Assembly (NCBI GenBank): GCA_036270675.1
Contig: DATBCB010000440.1
Location: 1 to 55,873, forward strand
Direction: 5' to 3'
Source of the DNA: Acidobacteriaceae bacterium
GTDB taxonomy: Bacteria > Acidobacteriota > Terriglobia > Terriglobales > Acidobacteriaceae
DNA: 55,873 bases
Shown here: in pieces, positions 14,561-23,663 of the stretch
Numbering within the stretch: the first letter of the stretch is position 1
How the letters are laid out: each line of letters opens with the position of its first letter
Program-made: the position numbers and the translations under genes
Notes under the pieces: model-generated
What the model saw: the letters and a program-made list of their open reading frames with translations, nothing else
Told to the model about the DNA's origin: nothing
Database searches by the model: none

Positions 14561-15154
14561 TCACTGCGTCCCCTCAATCATGCTGCTGACCAGCGCGAGC
14601 GGCAGGCCGACCACATTGAAATAACAGCCGTGGATGCGCGGCACCCAGCGCCCGGCGCGACCCTGGATCGCGTAGGCGCCGGCTTTGTCGAGCGGCTCTC
14701 CGGTGGCTACGTAGGCGTCGATCTCCTGATCGGACAGCGTGACAAAACGGACAAATGTAACTTCGGCGGCGCGTTGACGCTCGCGCCCTTTGGCGAGACA
14801 GACACCGGTGATGACCTGGTGCGTCTGGCCGGAGAGCAGGCGCAGCATGCGGGCTGCGTCGGCTGCGTCCTGGGGCTTGCCGAGTACCTCGTCATCGACC
14901 AGGACGATAGTGTCCGCGCCGAGGATGATGGTGTCCGGGGCCACCGCGTGCGTGGCCGCAACCGCCTCTGCCTTCTCGCGTGCGAGCCGGGTGACGAAGC
15001 GGATGGGATCTTCGCCGGGCTTGCGTACCTCGGGCACATTGGCGGTGATGACATCGAAGGTGAAGCCGGCCTGCGCGAGCAGCTCGCGGCGGCGCGGCGA
15101 TGCCGAAGCCAGAATCAACGAGGGCCGTCTGCTGTGAGTATCCGGCGCGGTCAC
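14561..15154 (-). CDS. maf: Maf/YhdE family nucleoside triphosphate pyrophosphatase
   Basis: LILASASPRRRELL, GADT and DKAGAYAIQG; GTG start overlaps the upstream stop (GTGA). Confidence 0.93.
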   Translation of the reverse strand: MTAPDTHSRRPSLILASASPRRRELLAQAGFTFDVITANVPEVRKPGEDPIRFVTRLAREKAEAVAATHAVAPDTIILGADTIVLVDDEVLGKPQDAADAARMLRLLSGQTHQVITGVCLAKGRERQRAAEVTFVRFVTLSDQEIDAYVATGEPLDKAGAYAIQGRAGRWVPRIHGCYFNVVGLPLALVSSMIEGTQ

Positions 15155-16146
15155 GCTTTGATCCCTACCTGTACCCCGCGGGAGCTGCAGACGCCCCACG
15201 CCATCCGCGGCGTGTTGTGGGCGAGCCCGTAGCGGCCGTCGGGGCCGAGCAGGATGATGCCGCCGTGGCCGCCGAGGCGGCGAAAGAGATAGGCGATGGC
15301 GGCCTGCGCAGCGCTCTCCGGAGCATCGCCGGCGAGAACGCGATCGACCGCCCACTTGCCGAGCACGAGCTTCATGATGGGCTCGCCCCAGCCGGTGAGG
15401 GAGACGGCGGCGCTGAGATTGTCCGCATAGCAGCCGCAGCCGATGAGTGAGGAGTCGCCGACCCGCCCGGGCGCCTTGTTGAGCGTGCCGCCGGTAGACG
15501 TTGCGGCAGCGAGATTGCCGCCGGCGTCGAGCGCCACAGCGCCGACCGTGTCGTGTGACGACGCGTCATATGAGGTGTCGTGTGACGACGCGTCCCGCGA
15601 GATAGCGTGAGGAGCTTCCTTGTCCGTCTCCTGAACACCGGAGAAGGTCTGGTCCGGCAGGCCGGCGCGCTCCTTGTGCTGCGCCAGCGCAAGCCGCTCG
15701 CGCTCGCGATCGAGGACCAGCTCGGCGTTATCGATCAGCGGCATGCCGTGTTCGGCGGCGAAATTCTCCGCATCGCGCCCGACAAAGTAGACGTGGGGAC
15801 TCTTCTCGAGCACCAGACGCGCGGCGTGGATCGGGTTGCGCAGGCGCTCGACGCAGGCGACGCCACCGGCGCGCATGGTGCCGGTCATGCCGCCGTCCAT
15901 GAGCAGCGCGTCGAGCTGGACTTTGCCCTCGCGGGTGAGGAAGGAGCCGCGGCCGGCATCGAAGGCCTCATCGTCTTCGAGCACCGCGACGGCGGCCTCC
16001 ACAGCATCGACGGCAGTGGCGCCGCGCTCCAGCAAGTCATAGCCGGCAAGGAGCGCACTGCGGACGCCGAAGGTATGGGCTTCGACGGCGTCGTCGGGAA
16101 TAGCCCAGGCGCCGCCATGAACGAGAAGGATAGGTTGATCGGGCAT
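15151..16146 (-). CDS. Isoaspartyl peptidase/L-asparaginase (Ntn hydrolase, IaaA-like)
   Basis: VHGGA, nucleophile D|TVGAVA, ATSTGG and GRVGDS. Confidence 0.93.
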   Translation of the reverse strand: MPDQPILLVHGGAWAIPDDAVEAHTFGVRSALLAGYDLLERGATAVDAVEAAVAVLEDDEAFDAGRGSFLTREGKVQLDALLMDGGMTGTMRAGGVACVERLRNPIHAARLVLEKSPHVYFVGRDAENFAAEHGMPLIDNAELVLDRERERLALAQHKERAGLPDQTFSGVQETDKEAPHAISRDASSHDTSYDASSHDTVGAVALDAGGNLAAATSTGGTLNKAPGRVGDSSLIGCGCYADNLSAAVSLTGWGEPIMKLVLGKWAVDRVLAGDAPESAAQAAIAYLFRRLGGHGGIILLGPDGRYGLAHNTPRMAWGVCSSRGVQVGIKA

Positions 16147-16204
16147 GCGAACAGATCATCGTACATGGGGAACTTGGGGCGGGTGTTTTGAGGATACGAA
16201 TTGG

Positions 16205-16249
16205 ATGCCTTGACTATCTACAGATCGATTGTGTAGACAGTCTAGGCAT
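16205..16249. promoter_or_regulatory. 18-bp inverted repeat, candidate PadR-type operator upstream of the ADOP permease
   Basis: ATGCCTTGACTATCTACA-N9-TGTAGACAGTCTAGGCAT (16/18 pairs); the right arm contains the palindrome TAGACAGTCTA. Confidence 0.6.
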
Positions 16250-16290
16250 AGGCATATTCCATTGCGTGCCTGATCACCAGGAGGGTTCCC

Positions 16291-18996
16291 ATGCGATGGC
16301 GGGATAGGTTGGGTCTGCGCTTGCGGAGTCTGCTGTTTCGCAGACGGGAAGGCCGGCGTCTGCAGACGGAGATGCAGTTTCATCTCGATGCGCTGGTGGC
16401 GGAGAACATTGCCGCGGAGATGTCTGCCAAAGAGGCGCGATATGCGGCGATGCGGATGTTTGGGAATGCCGCTGTGGTGAACGAGCAGACGCACGCGACG
16501 TGGGGGACGTGGCTCGAGCGGCTGGTGCAGGATGTCCGCTTTGCAATACGGCAGATCGGACGCGCGCCGGGCTTTGCGCTGATCGCGATGCTCACGCTGG
16601 CGCTAGGGATCGGGGCGAATACTGCGGTCTTTACGCTGACGCATGCGCTGCTGCTGCAGGGACTTCCAATTCCGAATCCTGATCAATTAGTGCGGCTGGC
16701 CTCCCATCTGCCAACCCCGACTGGGGATTACATCGATGCGGGGCTGAGCCTGCCGATGACCGAGTCCATCGAGCTCCGGTCGCACTCAATCAGCGGGGCT
16801 TTCGGATGGTGTGTCTACGACTTCCCGCTTACGGAGAGCAGCGGAATTCATGGCATCCACGGCGCTGTTGTGAGCGGCAATGCCTTTCCGATACTGGGAG
16901 TACGGCCGGCGCTCGGCCGCATGCTTCTGCCCAGTGACGACAAGCCCGGTGGCGGACCGGATGGATGGGCCGCGGTCATCAGTTATCGCGAGTGGATGAG
17001 ATATTTTCACGGCGATGCCTCGGTGGTCGGACGGCATTTGACGGTGACGGATCACAGCGTCACGGTTGTCGGGGTGGCTCCGGAGGGATTCGAGGGCGCT
17101 ATCGTCGCCGAGCACCCGGATATTTATCTGCCGCTGGAGTTCACGGCCGCGCTCAACGGCGAAGATTCTTTGCACAATGGCGTCCGGTTATGGCTGACTG
17201 CCTTCGCCCGTCTGAAGCCGGAGGTGCAGCTGTCACAGGCGGCAGCCGAGATGTCTGCGATCTTTCCTTCTGTGCGGGATGAAGTTCTCCCCGCTCCGTT
17301 CCGGCGCCAGCCGATGGTACAGAAGACGCAACTCAGTGTGAGCTCGGCGCGCACCGGCTGGAGCGATCTGCGTACGCAATACACGCAGCCACTGATGTTG
17401 TTGCAGGTACTTGTCGGGATCGTGCTGCTGATCTGCTGCGCCAATCTTTCCGGATTGTTCCTGGCGCGGGCTGCGGCGCGGCAGCAGGAGTTTGCGATCC
17501 GCGCGGCGCTGGGCGCGGCGCGCTCGCGATTGATGCGGCAGCTTTTCATCGAGAGCCTGATGCTCGCGCTGCCGGGCGCACTGATCGGCATTGGAATCGC
17601 GTGGTCCGCGGGGTCATGGATTTTGCACTCGCTGGGTAATCGGCAAGCTGAACTTTCACTGTCGCCGCGGCCGGATCTCGCTGTGCTTTCTGTGACAGCT
17701 CTGTGCGCCCTCTTGTGCACACTACTTTTTGGCATGGCTCCGGCGTGGACGGCAAGCCATACGGACGTGGAAGCAGCCATGCGCAGTTCCTCGTCGCGTA
17801 TGGCTTCGGGAAACGCGGGAGCGCGGCGCTTCTTTGTTCCCTTCCAGGTGGCGCTTTCACTTGCGCTGGTGGTCGTGGCGGCATTGCTGGCATCCACGGT
17901 GGTGCGGCTACGGACGGACAACTCCGGATACCAGACGGAGAATGTGCTGTTTTACATCACGGATTTCAATCGGGTGCCGCAAAAGGCCGCAGATGTGGTT
18001 GCGCTCTATCGCCGCATGATGAACCGCATAGAAGAATCGCCGGGCGTGATCGACGCGAGCGTAGCGGAGATTCCTCCACTGCTTGGCTGGCAGGACAAAG
18101 AGGAGTTCGTTGCTGCGAGCCAAGCCGGACACGCTGAACCCGCAGTCAGCGATTCGAACAGCGTTGGCGCACATTTCTTCTCCGCAGTCGGCACACCGCT
18201 CCTCACGGGACGGGACCTGAAGAATGAAGACGCAGACCTGAACTCATGCATTTTGAATCAGGCCGCGGCGAAGCTGTACTTTCCACATGTCAATCCGCTG
18301 GAACAGATGCTGCGGCAGGTACCGCACATCGTTGGCAATGCAACCGAGACGGCCGATTGCCAGGTGGTGGGCATCGCGCAGGATTCGAAGTACGAGACGT
18401 TGCACGAAGGATATCCACCCATCGTCTATTTGGCGCTCTCCGAGAGGACGGGCCATCTTGATGATCTTTTTCTTGTGATCCATGCTCGCAGCATTGCCAA
18501 CGCAAGGGCGGCCTATCGCACCGCTCTGCATGAGATTGCGCCGACGACACCGGAGACAGACCCGTTCCTGTTTACGCAGCAATTCAACGACTCGATCGCG
18601 CGGGAGCAACTTCTGTCTGTTCTCTCCGGCTTCTTTGCGTTGCTCGGATTGCTGCTGAGTGGGATTGGGATCTACGGGCTGGTGGCGTGGAATGTGACGC
18701 AGCGCACGCGGGAGATTGGGGTGCGGATGGCGCTGGGTGCTGCGCGGATGGGAGTGTTTGCGCTGGTGATGCGGCAGGTGGCCATGTTGCTGGCGGCGGG
18801 CGTCATGGCCGGCGGAGTGGCGGCATTCTTTGCGGCGCGGTCGATCCGCAGCTTCCTGTTTGAGGTGCAGCCGGGTAATCCCTGGGTCTTCCTGGTGGCT
18901 GTGCTGGCTTTGGTGCTGGTCGGATTCCTTGCGGCGATGCTCCCGGCGCGGCGGGCGGTATCGATTGATCCGATGCGGGCGCTGAGGACGGAGTAA
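16291..18996 (+). CDS. ADOP-family duplicated ABC permease (MacB/FtsX x2)
   Basis: N-terminal EMQFHL..EARYAAMRMFGN, LALGIGANTAVF, two FtsX motifs (EFAIRAALGA and REIGVRMALGA), ends PMRALRTE; no adjacent ATPase. Confidence 0.93.
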   Translation: MRWRDRLGLRLRSLLFRRREGRRLQTEMQFHLDALVAENIAAEMSAKEARYAAMRMFGNAAVVNEQTHATWGTWLERLVQDVRFAIRQIGRAPGFALIAMLTLALGIGANTAVFTLTHALLLQGLPIPNPDQLVRLASHLPTPTGDYIDAGLSLPMTESIELRSHSISGAFGWCVYDFPLTESSGIHGIHGAVVSGNAFPILGVRPALGRMLLPSDDKPGGGPDGWAAVISYREWMRYFHGDASVVGRHLTVTDHSVTVVGVAPEGFEGAIVAEHPDIYLPLEFTAALNGEDSLHNGVRLWLTAFARLKPEVQLSQAAAEMSAIFPSVRDEVLPAPFRRQPMVQKTQLSVSSARTGWSDLRTQYTQPLMLLQVLVGIVLLICCANLSGLFLARAAARQQEFAIRAALGAARSRLMRQLFIESLMLALPGALIGIGIAWSAGSWILHSLGNRQAELSLSPRPDLAVLSVTALCALLCTLLFGMAPAWTASHTDVEAAMRSSSSRMASGNAGARRFFVPFQVALSLALVVVAALLASTVVRLRTDNSGYQTENVLFYITDFNRVPQKAADVVALYRRMMNRIEESPGVIDASVAEIPPLLGWQDKEEFVAASQAGHAEPAVSDSNSVGAHFFSAVGTPLLTGRDLKNEDADLNSCILNQAAAKLYFPHVNPLEQMLRQVPHIVGNATETADCQVVGIAQDSKYETLHEGYPPIVYLALSERTGHLDDLFLVIHARSIANARAAYRTALHEIAPTTPETDPFLFTQQFNDSIAREQLLSVLSGFFALLGLLLSGIGIYGLVAWNVTQRTREIGVRMALGAARMGVFALVMRQVAMLLAAGVMAGGVAAFFAARSIRSFLFEVQPGNPWVFLVAVLALVLVGFLAAMLPARRAVSIDPMRALRTE

Positions 18997-19007
18997 GGAC
19001 ACATCTC

Positions 19008-19172
19008 AACCCACTTCTCTTCGGAACGTGGGGCACCTTTGTTGGCAACGCGGACGAACTGCAGATCCCTTCGGCAAGCTCAGGGCAGGGTCTTCGCTTC
19101 GCTCAGGATGACAATGCTCCAGGAACCGAGGACAGGTCTGCGCGCCTGCGGCGCTCCGGTCTGGATGACAAG
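19008..19172. repeat. Mosaic of REP-like units (GTGGGGCACC unit; two ...GGATGACA-ended hairpin units)
   Basis: aacgtggggcacc at ~19027, cttcgcttcgctcaggatgacaa at ~19092 and ccggtctggatgacaa at ~19156; lies between convergent genes. Confidence 0.65.
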
Positions 19173-19185
19173 TGCAGAGAAAAAG

Positions 19186-19938
19186 CTAGGCGCGGGGGGC
19201 GTTGGGGGCGGAGAGGAGTTCTTGGTGTTCAGTTGCGCTGACCGATGCAGTAGTTGAGACGGGCCCTGGGCTGGCGGGCCGGCGGATCGGTGTGGGCTGC
19301 GGGCTACTAGCGGGCATGTCGAGCGCGAGGCCCTTGGCTATCGTGTAGGTGTACGAAATGCGGTGGATGACGGTAATGGTGGAGAGCACAGCCAACACCC
19401 AGAGGGCGGGGGCCATCGCACCCCAGCGTTCGAAGAGGGCGCCGAGGATGATGAGCACGACACGCTCCGGGCGCTCCATAAATCCGACCTTGCAGGAGCC
19501 GATGAGCGCCTCGGAGCGGGCGCGGGTGTAGCTGACCATCAGCGAGGTGATCATGACGAAGGCGGTGAGGACCACGTAGAAGAAGCGATTGCCGCGCGCG
19601 TAGAAGACCAGCAGGCCGAGGAAGAGGACAACGTCGGAGTAGCGGTCGATGACGGAGTCGAAGAATGCGCCGAAGACGGTGACTTGATCGGTCTGACGGG
19701 CGACGCGACCGTCGACCATGTCGAAGATGCCGGCACCGATGATGACCAGACCCGCGTATAGGAAGAAGCGGACGTAGTTGTGGCTGTTCGCGAAGCCGAA
19801 GAAGATGGCGGCGCCGGTGTTGATGACCAGACCGATGAAGGTGAGGACGTTGGGCGAGATGCGGGTGAGGGCGAGGCCGTTGACGATGGCCTGGAGGATG
19901 ACGCCGCAGCCGCGTCCGAAGGCGCTAGTCCATGTCAT
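19186..19938 (-). CDS. CDP-alcohol phosphatidyltransferase (PgsA/PIP-synthase-like)
   Basis: SPNVLT and signature DMVDGRVAR...GAFFDSVIDRYSD, SYTRARSE; several TM segments. Confidence 0.92.
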   Translation of the reverse strand: MTWTSAFGRGCGVILQAIVNGLALTRISPNVLTFIGLVINTGAAIFFGFANSHNYVRFFLYAGLVIIGAGIFDMVDGRVARQTDQVTVFGAFFDSVIDRYSDVVLFLGLLVFYARGNRFFYVVLTAFVMITSLMVSYTRARSEALIGSCKVGFMERPERVVLIILGALFERWGAMAPALWVLAVLSTITVIHRISYTYTIAKGLALDMPASSPQPTPIRRPASPGPVSTTASVSATEHQELLSAPNAPRA

Positions 19939-20018
19939 AGGCTCTGCCTGCCTTGGGTCATAGGCTCTGCCTGTCTTGCGTCATAGGCTCCGCCTGGCCT
20001 GGGTCATAGGCTCCGGCC
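19934..20018 (-). repeat. 23-bp tandem repeat x~3.7, each unit carrying an ATG and an overlapping TGA
   Basis: Units start at 19934, 19957, 19980 and 20003 (plus-strand GTCATAGGCTC...). Confidence 0.9.
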
Positions 20019-20069
20019 TTCCTCATTACGATGCGCCTCCACGCGTCATCAAGACGCCGCTCTTCAGCT

Positions 20070-20558
20070 TCACTGGGTTTTGCCCTGGGCGGCTTCGTCA
20101 TGGATGGTGGTGAGCTTCAGGACCTCCAGCTCGCGTTTGCCGTTGGGGGTCACAACCGTGACCACGTCGCCTACCTGCTTGCCGATGAGCGATCGGCCGA
20201 TGGGCGAGGTGGTGGAGATGAATCCCTTGTTCACGTCAGACTCTTCGGAGGTGACGAGCTTGTATTCCAGCTCCTCGTCCTTGGTGGTGTCAAAAACGCG
20301 GACGGTGGAACCGAAGGCGATCCGGTCATGCGGGATGTTGGAGAGGTTTACCAGGGAGAGTTCCGCCATGCGCTTCTTGAGTTGGCCGAGGCGGGCGTTC
20401 ACAAACTCCTGGCGCTGCTTGGCCATGTGGTACTCAGCATTTTCGCTGAGGTCGCCAAGCGCAGCGGCCTTCTTGATCTCCTGCGGCAGCTCATGCTGGA
20501 GCTCATGCTCCATCTGCCGGATCTCTTCTTCTAGTTTTTTCTTGATGTGTTCGGGCAT
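20070..20558 (-). CDS. greA: Transcription elongation factor GreA
   Basis: LGDLSENAEYH and ISTTSPIGRSLIGK. Confidence 0.93.
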   Translation of the reverse strand: MPEHIKKKLEEEIRQMEHELQHELPQEIKKAAALGDLSENAEYHMAKQRQEFVNARLGQLKKRMAELSLVNLSNIPHDRIAFGSTVRVFDTTKDEELEYKLVTSEESDVNKGFISTTSPIGRSLIGKQVGDVVTVVTPNGKRELEVLKLTTIHDEAAQGKTQ

Positions 20559-20656
20559 GGACATATCCGTGACGGCCTGGGAAAAGCACAAGCCGCAAGG
20601 AACGGCAGGGATCCGGTATCCGCCAAAAGGTCATTATACGACGTCAGGGCTGGCCG

Positions 20657-21169
20657 CTAAGGGTCCGGCGGCAGGAGGGTGAGACGGCCGCTTTGCGCGT
20701 CGAGCCAGCCTTGGAGGATAAGCGCGGCGGCGAGCTGGTCGATTTTGTGGCGACGCGTGTGGGGATCGGCGGGATCATGGCCGGTGGCTTCGAGGACGGC
20801 GTGAGCCTCGGCGGTAGAGAGGCGTTCGTCCCAGAGGTGAACCGAGAGGCCGACCGGGAGGCCGGGGCGATCTATCGCCGCGCCTGCTTTGGGAAGGGTC
20901 TCGGCGATGAGTGTTTTGAGTTCATCAACAAAGCGGTGGACGCGCTCGGTCTGGCGGCTACGGTCTCCCGAGAGATGCAGCGGATTGCCGACGACGATGC
21001 CGGCGCAGCCGTGGCGGCGCAGGAGGCGGAGGATAGAACGCTGGTCCCGACGAGGCTGGGTGCGCTCGATGGTGAGCAGAGGCTCGGCGATACCGAGCGG
21101 ATTGGAGAGCGCGACCCCGATGCGGCGCGTGCCGACATCGAGGCCGAGCCACGGCTGGGACACACTCAT
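20657..21169 (-). CDS. ruvX: Holliday junction resolvase-like RuvX/YqgF
   Basis: GLDVGTRRIGVALS, IVVGNP, WDERLST and IDQLAAALILQGWLD. Confidence 0.95.
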   Translation of the reverse strand: MSVSQPWLGLDVGTRRIGVALSNPLGIAEPLLTIERTQPRRDQRSILRLLRRHGCAGIVVGNPLHLSGDRSRQTERVHRFVDELKTLIAETLPKAGAAIDRPGLPVGLSVHLWDERLSTAEAHAVLEATGHDPADPHTRRHKIDQLAAALILQGWLDAQSGRLTLLPPDP

Positions 21170-21403
21170 TTCGCCATGATAGGCAAACTACCTAACCTAC
21201 GCTCACCCACCCTACCCTCACACAAGAGCAGGGCTCCGGCGGGCATACAATTCTGAGAGTGCTTCGATTGACCCGCGAAGGGATCTGACGCTTTAGCGTC
21301 TTTGCTATAAAGTTCGACGGGCCAGCGACAGTTCTTGTGGCCTTTCCTTAAAGAAAGAAAGGCCACACCGAGTGCCACTCCACAGGCCAGAGAATTAGCA
21401 AAA

Positions 21404-22399
21404 ATGCTATTGCGTCGCTTTCTGCTGCTGCTTCTCCTGCTGCTGGCTCTGGGTGCCGGCTCCTGGTTCCTGTTTGCACCCGCGGGGCCGCATCTGGAGA
21501 CCTTTGTAGAGATTGCGCCAGGCACTTCCTCCAAGGGAATGGGCCGGCTGCTCGAAGAGCGAGGGATCATTCGCAGCCGTTATGCGTTCGACGTGGTGCG
21601 GATGATCAAGCACGGCACGTTAAAGGCAGGCGAGTATCGCTTCGACCATCCGGCGAGTGTTTTTGCGGTGTACGACCGGCTGCGGCGCGGCGACGTGTAC
21701 TACCGCGTGGTGACGGTGCCGGAGGGATACAACCTCTTCGACATTGCGAGCGCGGTGGAAGCAGCGCAACTGGCGACGCACGACGACTTTCTGGCGGCGG
21801 CTCACCAGGACACGTCGCTGATCAGCGATCTGGACCCGACGGCGACGAGCCTGGAAGGATATCTGTATCCGGACACTTATCGCTTCCAGCGCAGCGATAC
21901 GCCGATGACGATGCTGCGCTCGATGGTGAAGCGGTTCCGGCAGGAGGCGGCGCAGATGGGGCTGACTCGAGATGTCCATCGTACGGTGACGCTGGCATCG
22001 CTGGTGGAGAAGGAGACGCCGGTGGCGACCGACCGGCCGCTGGTGGCCAGCGTCATGGAGAACCGGCTCCGCGACAACATGCCGCTGATGACCGATCCGA
22101 CGGTGATCTACGCGGCGATGCTCGAGAACCGCTACCGCGGGACAATTTATGCGTCCGATCTTCAGCGCGATTCCGCGTACAACACCTATCGGCATGCCGG
22201 GCTGCCGCCGGGTCCGATCTGCAGCCCGGGCGCCGCATCGCTGAAGGCGGCGTTACATCCGGCGGCTACGGACTACCTCTATTTCGCGGCGGATCCTGCG
22301 GCGAGCGGTCATTCCCGATTCGCGAAGACGCTGGAAGAACACCAGCGCAATGTGGCGGCGTACCGGCAGTCGCAACGCGCGGGCGGGACGCCCCCTTAA
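21404..22399 (+). CDS. mltG: Endolytic murein transglycosylase MltG
   Basis: N-terminal TM anchor, LEGYLYPDTY, LASLVEKET and YNTYRHAGLPPGPI. Confidence 0.95.
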   Translation: MLLRRFLLLLLLLLALGAGSWFLFAPAGPHLETFVEIAPGTSSKGMGRLLEERGIIRSRYAFDVVRMIKHGTLKAGEYRFDHPASVFAVYDRLRRGDVYYRVVTVPEGYNLFDIASAVEAAQLATHDDFLAAAHQDTSLISDLDPTATSLEGYLYPDTYRFQRSDTPMTMLRSMVKRFRQEAAQMGLTRDVHRTVTLASLVEKETPVATDRPLVASVMENRLRDNMPLMTDPTVIYAAMLENRYRGTIYASDLQRDSAYNTYRHAGLPPGPICSPGAASLKAALHPAATDYLYFAADPAASGHSRFAKTLEEHQRNVAAYRQSQRAGGTPP

Positions 22400-22513
22400 A
22401 GCGGATTCCCCATTGCTATTTCGCGCGAAGTTCAAAGCAGAGCGGCTTTTCTTACGGAAAAAGCCGCGTCCGGCTCCGCTGGTTCGGGGTACACCTATGG
22501 GAGATTCGCTCCA
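22397..22513. mobile_element. ~116-bp inverted-repeat (MITE/CIR-like) element, copy 1
   Basis: Arms AGCGGATTCCCCAT / ATGGGAGATTCGCT; core GCGGCTTTTCTTACGGAAAAAGCCGC at 22442-22467. Confidence 0.65.
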
Positions 22514-22554
22514 ACCTTTAGCTATACTTAAGGTTTGCTGCCCTGATTAGACCC

Positions 22555-23451
22555 GTGATGCAAAGTCGATGGTGGAGTGTGGGATTTTTGGCAGTGTTGC
22601 CGTGTCTAAGCGGCTGCCTCTACCACACCCACAAAGTGGAGAAAACCACGCTGGCCGGTCCGCCCTTGGACGCGAGTGTGGCTCAGCTCGTTAACGAAGT
22701 GAATGACCGCTACGGAGCCATCAACAGCCTGACGGCGACGGTGGACTTCCAGGCGACCACGGGCGGTGCACGCCAGGGCAAGGAAACCGATATCACTCCT
22801 TTTCATGGCTATATATTGCTGCGCAAACCGGCGATGCTGCGCGTGCTGGCACTGCTACCGGTGGTGCGCACGCACGCCTTTGACCTGGCCAGCGATGGAC
22901 AGACATTCAAGCTGGTGATCCCACCGCGAAGCCGCGCGATTGTGGGCACCAATAAAGTGACGAAGCCGTCTGGGAATGCGCTCGAGAATCTGCGTCCGGA
23001 CATCTTTCTCGACTCGGTGCTGGTGAAGTCGATCGAGCCAGAGCGGCTGGTGTACCTGACCAATACATCGGAGACGCGCAGGCAGGACAAGAAGCTGGTG
23101 GAGACGCCAGAGTATGACCTGCACATCGGCGAGGAAGATCCGCAGGCAAAGGACGGCCTCAAGGTGCATGTACTGAAGCCGACGCGAGTGATTCGTTTCA
23201 GCCGGTTGACGCTGTTGCCGATTGGCCAGGACATCTATGGCGAAGACGGTGGAGTGGAGACGCATGTGGAGTACGGGCCGTACAAACAGTTCGGAACTGC
23301 ACACATGCCGGGGTCGATTGTCATCCAGCGACCACGCGAGGCGTTTCAGATCACCATCTCGGTGCAGAAGGTGCTCGTGAACCAGCCGTTGCCTGACAAG
23401 CAGTTTGAGTTGCAGATTCCCAGCGATTACAAGGTTCAGACACTGCGATAG
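22555..23451 (+). CDS. Lipoprotein, LolA/LolB-like fold (DUF4292-like)
   Basis: Lipobox LSG-C; INSLTATVDF near the N-terminus and VNQPLPDKQFEL at the C-terminus resemble LolA-fold proteins. Confidence 0.65.
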   Translation: MMQSRWWSVGFLAVLPCLSGCLYHTHKVEKTTLAGPPLDASVAQLVNEVNDRYGAINSLTATVDFQATTGGARQGKETDITPFHGYILLRKPAMLRVLALLPVVRTHAFDLASDGQTFKLVIPPRSRAIVGTNKVTKPSGNALENLRPDIFLDSVLVKSIEPERLVYLTNTSETRRQDKKLVETPEYDLHIGEEDPQAKDGLKVHVLKPTRVIRFSRLTLLPIGQDIYGEDGGVETHVEYGPYKQFGTAHMPGSIVIQRPREAFQITISVQKVLVNQPLPDKQFELQIPSDYKVQTLR

Positions 23452-23629
23452 GTGCTGGCCGCACGGGCGGCAGCGCAAATTGTGGGTTCGCTTCCTCTGG
23501 TCGGCATTTGCCATGCAGCAGACGCGCCTGCGGCGCCCGTTGTGGGTTCGCTTCCTTTGGTTGGCATTTGCCATGCAAGCAGACGCGCCTGTGGCGCCCG
23601 CTGTGGGTTCGCTTCCTCTGGTCGCTCAC
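23451..23629 (+). repeat. REP-like family R, copy 3, internally expanded into a 60/61-bp tandem repeat (~2.5 units)
   Basis: TGTGGGTTCGCTTCCT(C/T)TGGT at 23481, 23541 and 23602; intervening sequences nearly identical. Confidence 0.88.
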
Positions 23630-23663
23630 GTTCAGTGATGTGGCTGACCAATTTTGTTGCTGG

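Noticed and set aside
23481-23629. Possible CRISPR mini-array (repeat every 60-61 bp)
   Set aside because: The intervening sequences are nearly identical to each other, there are only 2.5 units, no cas genes or AT-rich leader are present, and the unit belongs to a dispersed REP-like family.
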